Origin: Deltaproteobacteria bacterium
Lineage (GTDB): Bacteria > Myxococcota > Kuafuiibacteriia > Kuafuiibacteriales > Kuafuiibacteriaceae
DNA: 64,000 nt
Assembly: GCA_040218735.1 (NCBI GenBank)
Contig: JAVJQW010000019.1
Location: forward strand, 128,001 to 192,000
Reading direction: 5' to 3'
Shown one piece after another: positions 43,284-51,430 of this stretch. The position numbers were made by a program, and so were the translations under genes. The notes below the pieces were generated by a model. The model ran no database searches, was not told the DNA's origin, and worked only from the letters and a program-made list of their open reading frames with translations. Each line of letters opens with the position of its first letter. The stretch's first letter is position 1.

Positions 43284-43284
43284 A

Positions 43285-44733
43285 TCAGGAGAGCTGCACC
43301 GCGAGCGCGACCCCCGCGGCGAGGACCGCGGCGACCCCGAGCACGAGCAAGGTCGTGCGCAGGAGGTGAGGCGGCTTCGCAGGCGTCGGCGGCGGGACCT
43401 GCACCGTCGCGGCGGCGGCGTCCGGGATGACCGGGAGCGTGTCGAGCATGCCGGAGTCGTCGTCGGGTCCTCCCATCACCGGCGTCACCGCGAGCGGCGA
43501 CGCGTCGAACGCGACCAACGCATCGTCACCGGGGCCGACGGTCGCACGCAGGACGCCGTGGTCGACGTCCGGACGCGTCGTAGGCGCGGCGGGGATCGAC
43601 CGCGGAGGCTTCGTGTCATCGACGTCGTCGGGGAGTGGGGTCTCGGGGGTCGGCGGACCGAAGTCGAGCGGCACGAGCGTCGGCCCGGAGGCGTCTTCAG
43701 GCGTGGGATCGGACATCAGCTCCGACGCCTCGATCGGTGAAGGCGGCCCCGCGGGGAGGATCGTCTCGGCCGCCGGCCGCGCGACCAACGGGAGCGTAGC
43801 GAGGAGCTCCTCCCCCGACTCCGCACCACTGCGCTCATCCCGAGCGGCGAGGGGCGCGACGAGCTGACCCGGGAGCACGACGCCCGCGGTGTGGTCGAGC
43901 GCCCGGTGCACGTTCTCGAACGCCTCGGCGACGGCCGCTGCGGTCGGCAAGCGGTCCTCGGGATCGTAGGCGAGGAGCTGGTTCAGGAGCGCTTCGAGCC
44001 GCGGCTCCCACCGCACCTCGGGGCGAACGGCGGAGAGGGTGTGCGGGGTCTTGGTCAGCGTCGCGACGACGAGCGCGTTGGCGTCGGCGCCGTCGTACGG
44101 GAACCGCTGCGTGAGCATCGAGAACCCGAGGATGCCCAGCGCGAAGATGTCGGAGCTCGCGGACACCGCGCCGCCGCGGCACTGCTCGGGGGACATGAAC
44201 CCGGGCGTCCCGAAGATCTGCATCGGCGCGGTGATGCGTTCGTGGTCGACGAGCTTCGCGATGCCGAAGTCGAGGACCTTCACGACGTCCTCTTCGCCGA
44301 CGCGCTCCAGGAAGATGTTCGCGAGCTTGAGGTCGCGGTGCACGATGCCGCGGCGGTGCGCTTCGTCGAGGGAGCGCGCGATGGGGATCAACGTGTCCAC
44401 GGTTTGGAGCTGCGAGAGGGGCCCGCGCTCGAGGCGCGCGAGGAGCGTCTCCCCTTCGAGGAACTCCGTGACGACGTAGAGCCGACCGTCGTCGGTGCGG
44501 CCGGTGTCGAACATGCGGATCGTGTTGGGGTGGCGGAGCGTGCCGATGATGGCGGCTTCGTTCTCGAAGCGCGTGACGGCGTTGTGTGAGCTGAGCGCCG
44601 AGGGGAGCAGCACTTTGACCGCGACGTCGCGGCCCTGCGCGGAGATCTGCCGCGCGCGGTACACGACGCCGATGCCCCCGCGGCCGACCTCCTCGGCGAT
44701 CTCGTAGCGCCCGTCGAGCGTCTGCCCGATCAC
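43285..44733 (-). CDS. Ser/Thr protein kinase with C-terminal TM
   Basis: GRGGIGVVY, VAVKVL, HRDLKLAN, DFG, GTPGFMSPEQ. Confidence 0.92.
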   Translation of the reverse strand: MIGQTLDGRYEIAEEVGRGGIGVVYRARQISAQGRDVAVKVLLPSALSSHNAVTRFENEAAIIGTLRHPNTIRMFDTGRTDDGRLYVVTEFLEGETLLARLERGPLSQLQTVDTLIPIARSLDEAHRRGIVHRDLKLANIFLERVGEEDVVKVLDFGIAKLVDHERITAPMQIFGTPGFMSPEQCRGGAVSASSDIFALGILGFSMLTQRFPYDGADANALVVATLTKTPHTLSAVRPEVRWEPRLEALLNQLLAYDPEDRLPTAAAVAEAFENVHRALDHTAGVVLPGQLVAPLAARDERSGAESGEELLATLPLVARPAAETILPAGPPSPIEASELMSDPTPEDASGPTLVPLDFGPPTPETPLPDDVDDTKPPRSIPAAPTTRPDVDHGVLRATVGPGDDALVAFDASPLAVTPVMGGPDDDSGMLDTLPVIPDAAAATVQVPPPTPAKPPHLLRTTLLVLGVAAVLAAGVALAVQLS

Positions 44734-44742
44734 CGGGGGATC

Positions 44743-45816
44743 TTAACCCTCACTCGGTCCGCCGGGGGAGGACGCGGCGCTGGGGACCGTGGCGTCGACC
44801 GGGTTGTCGGTCGTCGTGGCCTGGGTCGCGTCGACGGCGGTCGCGTCGTCGGCGACGATGCGCGCGGTGCCGCCCGGCTTGCGCTTGGGGACGGCGAGGT
44901 GCTGCGCGATCCAGTCCGCCATCGCCGCGCGGTCGTGCTGACCGGGGTAGTGGAGCACGAGCACGCCGCGCAGCGCGGCTTCGACGGCGCCCATGCTCTG
45001 CGGGCGCGCGGCCGGATCGCGGGCGAGCATCTGGCGCAGGAGCGTCTGCACCTCGTCCGGCACGACGTCGTTGACCGAGCGTATCGAGGGGACGTTCGCC
45101 TGGATGACGAGCTCGAGCGTCTCGGCCTCGCTCTTCGCCTTGAACAGGCGCTGCATCGCGAGCATCTCCCAGAGCACGACGCCGAGCGCAAACACATCGA
45201 CGCGCGCGGTGATCGGCTCGGCGAGCGCCTGCTCGGGCGCCATGTACCCCAGCTTCCCCTTGATGACGCCGGTCCGAGTGTTCGTCAGCCGCTCCGCCGC
45301 ATGGGCGATGCCGAAGTCGAGGACCTTCACCACCCCTTCGCGCGTCACCATGACGTTGTGCGGAGAGATGTCGCGGTGGACGATGTGCATCGGCTCCCCC
45401 GCGTCGTTCGTGCGTTCATGGACGTACGCGAGCGCGGTCGCGACCTCGAGCCCCACCGCGAGCGCGAGCGGCACCGGGAACCACTGGCCGACGCGCGACA
45501 GCCGCATCAGGAGGCGCCTCAGGTCCGACCCGTCGACGAGCTCCATCGACTGGATGAAGTGCCCGCCGAGATCGTGGCCGTCGTAGACCTGGAGGATGTT
45601 GGGGTGCACCAGGCGCCGCGCGATGTTGACCTCGTCCTGGAACATCGAGCGGAAGGTCGTCTCCGCGTAGAAGAACGGCAGGAGGACCTTGAGGGCGACC
45701 TCGCGGCCGTCCGCGTCGGTGGCGGACCAGATCTCCGCCATCCCCCCCAGCGCGACGCGTTCACCGAGGGTGAACGGTCCCAGCGCGAGGCCGGTACGCA
45801 AGGGCACGGGCGCCAT
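44743..45816 (-). CDS. Cytoplasmic Ser/Thr protein kinase
   Basis: GGMAEIW, VALKVL, HRDISPHN, DFG, GKLGYMAPEQ. Confidence 0.92.
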   Translation of the reverse strand: MAPVPLRTGLALGPFTLGERVALGGMAEIWSATDADGREVALKVLLPFFYAETTFRSMFQDEVNIARRLVHPNILQVYDGHDLGGHFIQSMELVDGSDLRRLLMRLSRVGQWFPVPLALAVGLEVATALAYVHERTNDAGEPMHIVHRDISPHNVMVTREGVVKVLDFGIAHAAERLTNTRTGVIKGKLGYMAPEQALAEPITARVDVFALGVVLWEMLAMQRLFKAKSEAETLELVIQANVPSIRSVNDVVPDEVQTLLRQMLARDPAARPQSMGAVEAALRGVLVLHYPGQHDRAAMADWIAQHLAVPKRKPGGTARIVADDATAVDATQATTTDNPVDATVPSAASSPGGPSEG

Positions 45817-45846
45817 CGGGCGCGACCTTACCGAGAAGTGAGGGGA

Positions 45847-46425
45847 CTAGCGAGCGTGGACGCCGGTGGCGCCTTCGAGGACGCGGCCAGCGGCGCCCTG
45901 CGCGATGCGATAGATCTCCGCGCGGACTTCCTTCGACGCGGCGCCGTCGCCGATCGTCGACACGGACTGCACCTCGTAGAAGACGGCGGTCGCCTGGTCG
46001 ACGCTGGTGTCGAGCGCCGGGCCGAGCCGGAGCAGACGGATGTTCGACGTGTAGCTCTCCTGGAGCACCGCGTTCCCGGGGTTCTTCACGAAGGTGCTGT
46101 TCGTCTCGTCCATCGCCGACGAGATGCCGAACGGGTCGCGCCGCGGCAGGCCGCCCTGGTCCGTCGCGTACACCCAGCTGTTGTTCGCCGGATCGATCGG
46201 CATGTTGGCCGGGGTGAGGGTCACGTCGGCCATCGTCTCCTGCGCACCACCGATCGCGACCGCGCGGGCCTGGGAGGCCTTGCGGTGCTCGCCGGCGATG
46301 ACCAGGTCGACGTTGACCATGTCGAGGAGCGTGCCTCCCGCGACGGCGACCAACGCAACGACCAACACCACGATGAACAGCGCAAAGCCACGCTGATTCG
46401 GATTTCGGCGACGTCGTTTCTTCAT
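45847..46425 (-). CDS. PilX-like minor pilin
   Basis: Basic leader then QRG/FALFIVVLVV (no Glu5, as in PilX). Confidence 0.75.
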   Translation of the reverse strand: MKKRRRRNPNQRGFALFIVVLVVALVAVAGGTLLDMVNVDLVIAGEHRKASQARAVAIGGAQETMADVTLTPANMPIDPANNSWVYATDQGGLPRRDPFGISSAMDETNSTFVKNPGNAVLQESYTSNIRLLRLGPALDTSVDQATAVFYEVQSVSTIGDGAASKEVRAEIYRIAQGAAGRVLEGATGVHAR

Positions 46426-46436
46426 GAGCTTTCTCC

Positions 46437-47657
46437 TCAGCGCGGCAGCGCCATGCGTCCGGAGTTGGTGATCTCCACGGAGGTCCGGTAGACGCGCCGG
46501 TCGCCGTGATCGTTGGTGCCGCAGGGCATCGGGACACACTCGTTGGTGAGCTGAAGGACCGAACCGGCGCGCGGCTTCACGTCCGGGACGCGGCTGCGAA
46601 TGACGAGCTCGACGTCGACGCGGAGGCGCTGCTGACCCGGGATGGGACCGTCGCCGACGAACTGCCAGGCCGGCGGGACGGCGGCGGTGTTCCAGGCCCA
46701 GACGCGCATGCCGAGGAACTCGGTGTACTCCGCGACGATGCCCGCGCAGGTGTTGATGTTCGGCGCGGCGCCCGTGCAGTTGCTGGAGTCGAACACGGCG
46801 CGGCTCAACGTGCCGCTGCGGGTCTGCGCATTCGGCGCGATGAACCACACGACCGTCTTCAGGCCGCCCTGGATTTCGCCGCCGCGGTACGAGGACCCGT
46901 AGGCCTGGTCGTAGGCGGTGAACGTGAGGTCCGGGTCGAGGTCGTCGACGAACTGCTGGCAGCCGTTCGCACACGCCGCCGGGCTGTTCACACACGGACC
47001 CGCTTGCGCCCGGAAGATCGCGGAGCGCGCCTGGATGCCGTCCTGGTGACGAAGGACGACGAGCTCACCGTCCTGGAAGCTGGTCTGCACGCCGATCGCC
47101 GGGTTGTCGAGGCAGTATTCGGCGCCCCCCTCGAAGCTGACGATGGAGGCAAACGAACCGTTGGCCATTCGGATGCCCACGGCTTGGGTCGTGATGTTGT
47201 AGTTCGGGAGGATGAGGCCGCCGTGGCCGACGCCCGCGAACGTCTGCTGCGTCCCGGCCATCACCGCGGGGCCGGCGCCCGTGGGCATGGTGAACGTGGC
47301 GCCGCCGGTGTTGAACCCGACGTTGCGGATCGTGAACGGCCCGCGCACCAAGCCGCGGAAACACGTCGCCCCGCCCGGACAGGGGGAGGCGGCGTTGAGC
47401 TCGGTGTGGTTGCCGTTGGCGACGCCGTAGCCGATGCCGGCGCCCGCCTGAGAGACGTCCTCGACGATCAGGTCGAGCGCGGCGCGCCCGGCCTGGGACA
47501 GCTCGACGCGCTCGCGCGACACACCCATCAGGCGCGTCTCGTGGGCTGCGAAGGTGAACGCCGCGGCGGTGAGCACCGTCGCGATGGCGGTGCCGACGAG
47601 CAGCTCGATCAGCGTGAAGCCGTGTTGGGCGCGGTTCAGCATGGGCGAGGACCTCAT
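46437..47657 (-). CDS. PilW-like minor pilin
   Basis: HG/FTLIELLVG prepilin site; GRAALDLIVEDVSQAGAG. Confidence 0.82.
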   Translation of the reverse strand: MRSSPMLNRAQHGFTLIELLVGTAIATVLTAAAFTFAAHETRLMGVSRERVELSQAGRAALDLIVEDVSQAGAGIGYGVANGNHTELNAASPCPGGATCFRGLVRGPFTIRNVGFNTGGATFTMPTGAGPAVMAGTQQTFAGVGHGGLILPNYNITTQAVGIRMANGSFASIVSFEGGAEYCLDNPAIGVQTSFQDGELVVLRHQDGIQARSAIFRAQAGPCVNSPAACANGCQQFVDDLDPDLTFTAYDQAYGSSYRGGEIQGGLKTVVWFIAPNAQTRSGTLSRAVFDSSNCTGAAPNINTCAGIVAEYTEFLGMRVWAWNTAAVPPAWQFVGDGPIPGQQRLRVDVELVIRSRVPDVKPRAGSVLQLTNECVPMPCGTNDHGDRRVYRTSVEITNSGRMALPR

Positions 47658-48229
47658 AGTCCGGGGACCGCCAGACGGTCCGCGACGACGCGGCGGGAGA
47701 CACGCTGGCCCGCGACGGGGGCGGCGGGCGAGCGGATCAGGCTGTCGTTCCAGCACACGATGGTGGCGACCCGCCAACCGTCGCCGGCGGGGTTCTGACC
47801 CTCCATGATCCGCACGCGGAAGCGACCGTTCAGCGGCGGTCCCGCGGCGGCGGGCGCGATGTTGCCGTGGATGTCGAAGTCGAACGTGCAGCCGAGCGGC
47901 ACGCAGGTCTCGACCGAGCTGCAGACGCCGCCGGGGGCGGAGGCGAAGATGGTGCCGCAGTCGTCGAGCGCCGCGAGCGGAACGGTGCGGGCGGCCGCGT
48001 TGGGGCAGTTGGTCGGGTTGTCGACCGCGAACACCGCGAAGTTGTCCGCGATCTGGCGCGCGACCTCCGAGGCGTCACCGATCCGCGACGAGGAGACCGT
48101 GCCGCGCATGGAGGACTGGTGGAGCCGGACGAGCGCGGTGAGCGCGACCCCGAGGACACCGGCCGCGATGAGGGCTTCGACCAGAGAGAAGCCGGCGGTC
48201 CGCCGGCGCTTTCGCTTTGAGACACCCAT
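47654..48229 (-). CDS. PilV-like minor pilin
   Basis: AG/FSLVEALIAAGVLGVAL prepilin site; RBS aggagg; C-terminal VATIVCW. Confidence 0.8.
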   Translation of the reverse strand: MGVSKRKRRRTAGFSLVEALIAAGVLGVALTALVRLHQSSMRGTVSSSRIGDASEVARQIADNFAVFAVDNPTNCPNAAARTVPLAALDDCGTIFASAPGGVCSSVETCVPLGCTFDFDIHGNIAPAAAGPPLNGRFRVRIMEGQNPAGDGWRVATIVCWNDSLIRSPAAPVAGQRVSRRVVADRLAVPGL

Positions 48230-48244
48230 CCGGGAGTTCCTCCT

Positions 48245-48260
48245 TGCAGGGCCCGGACCA
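48245..48260 (-). promoter_or_regulatory. Possible sigma54 promoter of the minor pilin operon
   Basis: Minus strand tGGtccgggccctGCa (GG-N10-GC) just upstream of the pilV-like gene. Confidence 0.45.
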
Positions 48261-48357
48261 GCGTAGATCCGCGGCGTTCGGGACTGTGAGTGTGCAAGGA
48301 TCGTCGGAGGTCCGCAAGGTTTGGGCACTTGTCGGGATCGAGGTGCGCGGGGGTGGG

Positions 48358-49479
48358 TCATCGTTCCACGAGGAGCGCCGGCATCAACACGGCACCGCCG
48401 ACCACCGCGCCCGCGAGCAGCTCCCACCATGGGAATCGCTTGGGGTCGTCGCGGAGGAAACCGAGCACGGCCCACGTGATCCCCGCGGCGAGCAGCGGGA
48501 GCCCGATCTGGGCCTGGACGACGAGCTTGGACGCCACCGCCTCCTCGCCTTCGTCGAGCGTTCTGTAGGACTTGGGCACGTAGGGCGCCCAGAGCGTCAG
48601 GCCCGCGCCGACCGCCGCCGCCGCGATCCCGCCCCACCGCATCCCCGTGTAGACGCCGCCGTAGATCGGCGGGTTCGCGAGGGACAGCTCGAGGTCGAGC
48701 GTGCGACGCCGGCCGGCCGCGAGCGCGACGTCGGTCTCGAACGGTTCGATGTGCGGACCGCGCGCGGTGATGCGTCGCTTGCCGACCTGCACGCGGCGGA
48801 GCTCGACCGCGCGAACGTCGCCGATGCGCGCGACCTCGCGGTCGTCGATGAACAGGTTCACGCCGCCGGTCGACGTCGTGATGCCGAGCTCGGCGTTGGC
48901 GTCGAGGGGATCGACGTCGCGGATCGCGTCGCCGAGGGGGGCGAGCTGCTGGGTGAGGAAGCGAGTGGCTTCGTCGGGCGAAGGGAGGAGCGTCGGCGGT
49001 GCGCGGAGGACGACCGCGTCGCGTCGGATGCTGCGATCGATGGCGGCGTCGTCACCGCCGGTGTCGAGCGCACGCGCGCGATCGAGATCGATGAGGAGGA
49101 CGGCGACGACCTCTTCCTCTTTGTCGGCGATCGTCGTGATGCGCACGGAGATGACCGCGAGGAATCGACCGCCGCGACCGCGTTCTTGTTCGGGGAGCGC
49201 CGTGCGAACGATGCAGAGGGTGCGTGGCATCTTGCGTTCGGTGCAGGCCTCGTACGCGGCGCCTTCGAGCGGGACGACGTCGGCGTCGGCGGTCGCGGCG
49301 AGCGCCTGTTTAATCGCGTTGAAGAGGAACGTCGAAGAGAGGCGCTCGAGGCCTTGCGGCGGGAGGACGAGCGTTGCGAAGACAGGCGCAGGGCCGGCGA
49401 CGTCGATGACGGGGGGCTCGACGTCGGGCGCAGCGAGGAGCGTCGTGGCGAGCGCGGCGATGACCGGGACGAACGACAA
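48358..49479 (-). CDS. PEGA-like domain membrane protein
   Basis: Signal peptide; GVNLFIDDREV...GKRRITARGP; three C-terminal hydrophobic segments. Confidence 0.65.
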   Translation of the reverse strand: MSFVPVIAALATTLLAAPDVEPPVIDVAGPAPVFATLVLPPQGLERLSSTFLFNAIKQALAATADADVVPLEGAAYEACTERKMPRTLCIVRTALPEQERGRGGRFLAVISVRITTIADKEEEVVAVLLIDLDRARALDTGGDDAAIDRSIRRDAVVLRAPPTLLPSPDEATRFLTQQLAPLGDAIRDVDPLDANAELGITTSTGGVNLFIDDREVARIGDVRAVELRRVQVGKRRITARGPHIEPFETDVALAAGRRRTLDLELSLANPPIYGGVYTGMRWGGIAAAAVGAGLTLWAPYVPKSYRTLDEGEEAVASKLVVQAQIGLPLLAAGITWAVLGFLRDDPKRFPWWELLAGAVVGGAVLMPALLVER

Positions 49480-49630
49480 CGTCGCGGACGGTAGCGGTCA
49501 CGATCGCGAGCGGCAACTTCGCGACCTGGACTCAGGTGCAACGTGTGACATCCGAGGGCGTTCGGAATTCGTTCAGGATGGGTTCTTGTGTGGTGCGGGT
49601 ATCCAGAAGGTGGAAGACTGGCCGACCTGA

Positions 49631-51043
49631 GTGGCCGTGGACCCGACGAAGCACAGGTACCGAGTCGGTGAGCGGCTCGGGGGCGGCGGCATGGCGGAGG
49701 TGTACAAAGCGCACCTTCGCGGCGCCGAGGGCTTCGAGCGGGCGGTCGCGATCAAGCGAATACTCACCGGTTACTCGTCGGACGACGCGTTCGCGGAGAT
49801 GTTCATCCGCGAGGCGCGGCTGGCGTCGCGGCTGAGTCACCCGAACATCACGCAGATCATCGACTTCGACCGGGACGACGACGGTCACCTCTTCATCGTG
49901 ATGGAGCTGGTGGAGGGGCGTGACCTGAAGGGTCTGGCGGCGTCGGGGCCGTTGCCGTTGTCGGTGAGTTTGTTCGTGGTCGGTGAGTTGCTGCGCGCGT
50001 TGGATTACGCGCACCGCCTCGACGACCAGGGCCGGCCGCTGCGGATCGTCCACCGCGACGTCACGCCGCACAACGTGCTGTTGTCGTGGGAGGGGGCGGT
50101 CAAGCTGACGGACTTCGGCATCGCGAAGGCGTTGGCGGAGAGCCCGATGACGCAGACCGGCGTGGTGAAGGGGAAGGCGGCGTACCTGAGCCCGGAGCAG
50201 GCGCGCGCGGAGAAGATCGACGCGCGCTCGGATCTGTTCGCGGTGGGCGTGATCCTGCACGAGCTGGTGCGGGGGCAGCGTCTGTTCGGGGTCGAGGAGG
50301 GCGCGGTGGACATGGTTGTCGTCCGGCGCGTGCTGAAGATGGACATCCCGAGCCTTCGCCTGGAGCAGCCGGAGGTGTCGCCGCTGCTCGACAACCTGTG
50401 CATGCGTTTGTTGGCGCGCGAGCCCGACGCCCGCTTCAGCACGGCGCACGCAGCGCTCGAGGCGCTGTTGAGCCTGAAGGAGTACTCGGCGCGGGGCCAG
50501 CTCGAGCTGGCGACGCTGATGCGCGAGCGCTTCGGTTCTCCCTCGTCGCCGCCGGCCGGGCGCCCGGTCGTACCGTCGGGCGTGCCGAAGGGTGACTTCA
50601 CGGGGGTGAGCGCGATGCTCGATCCGGAGCACCCCACGGACGACGCCGACCCGCGGCCGCCCCCCAGCGAGCTCCCCACGGACGACGCCTCCATGGCCAA
50701 GCCGGACTCGATGGACGTAGCGCCGACGATCGCGGTGGTCGCGAAGGATCCGACGACGGCCGAGACCGAGCTCCCCGACACCGCGCCCCCGCCCGGAACA
50801 CCGGCGGACATGCGCCGCACGGAGCGCCTCGACGTGGAGGCGCACCTCGAACGCATCCGCACCTCCCAACCCGACGCGCTCGACATCCGCCCGATGTCGC
50901 GACCCGAGGTCGGCGCGACCTCGGTGCCGGACGCGTCGCGCTCACAAGCGGAGCTGGTACGCCGCGCGAACATGGGGTGGTGGGTGGCGATCGTGGTGCT
51001 GCTCGGCGTGGGGGCCTGGGCGTTGGTGCAGCTGCTGAAGTAA
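49631..51043 (+). CDS. Ser/Thr protein kinase with C-terminal TM
   Basis: GGGGMAEVY, VAIKRI, HRDVTPHN, DFG, YLSPEQ; terminal WWVAIVVLLGVGAWALV. Confidence 0.92.
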   Translation: MAVDPTKHRYRVGERLGGGGMAEVYKAHLRGAEGFERAVAIKRILTGYSSDDAFAEMFIREARLASRLSHPNITQIIDFDRDDDGHLFIVMELVEGRDLKGLAASGPLPLSVSLFVVGELLRALDYAHRLDDQGRPLRIVHRDVTPHNVLLSWEGAVKLTDFGIAKALAESPMTQTGVVKGKAAYLSPEQARAEKIDARSDLFAVGVILHELVRGQRLFGVEEGAVDMVVVRRVLKMDIPSLRLEQPEVSPLLDNLCMRLLAREPDARFSTAHAALEALLSLKEYSARGQLELATLMRERFGSPSSPPAGRPVVPSGVPKGDFTGVSAMLDPEHPTDDADPRPPPSELPTDDASMAKPDSMDVAPTIAVVAKDPTTAETELPDTAPPPGTPADMRRTERLDVEAHLERIRTSQPDALDIRPMSRPEVGATSVPDASRSQAELVRRANMGWWVAIVVLLGVGAWALVQLLK

Positions 51044-51339
51044 GGCGCAGGCGTCGCTCGCGAGTCGGTGCGGAGACGCCAACGCGATGACGTCGACGAG
51101 CGTCGCGACGCTCTAGGCCGCCGCGATCGTCAACCCGAAGGACGAAGTCGGCCGCTTCTCGACCGCGCGCCCCCCTCGGGTTCGGCGGATCCTGGACGGC
51201 GCGTCCCCTTCGGCCTCCGGTCGTGATGGGCCTCGACCTCGCGGGGCGAGTCGCGTCGAGGCCGGCGCGCGGAGGTCGCCGCGACTCCCGCGGTCCAAAA
51301 GACGATCGCTTCGGCGGCCACCGAATCGGCGTGCGCCGG

Positions 51340-51417
51340 ATTCGTTCGGCGGCACCCGAACGTTCGCCGGACGAATCGGCGCCGAAGCAGATCCCATGGG
51401 GTGGCGCGGGTCTTGGA
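51340..51417 (+). promoter_or_regulatory. T3SS-type promoter module (tandem repeat plus sigma54-like element) upstream of the toxin gene
   Basis: ccgaacgttcg-ccggacgaat (51356-51376) is 20/21 identical to the site at 21469-21449. It is followed after 25 bp by tGGcgcgggtcttGGa (51402-51417; GG instead of GC at -12). Inverted copy attcgttcgg at 51340-51349. Confidence 0.7.
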
Positions 51418-51430
51418 ACGGCGTCGTTGC

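Noticed and set aside
49558-49578. Fifth copy of the T3SS operator (minus strand ctgaacgaatt-ccgaacgccc) between the PEGA-like gene and the kinase
   Set aside because: Partial match only, with no TGGC-type element at 25 or 35 bp in either direction; cannot be supported.
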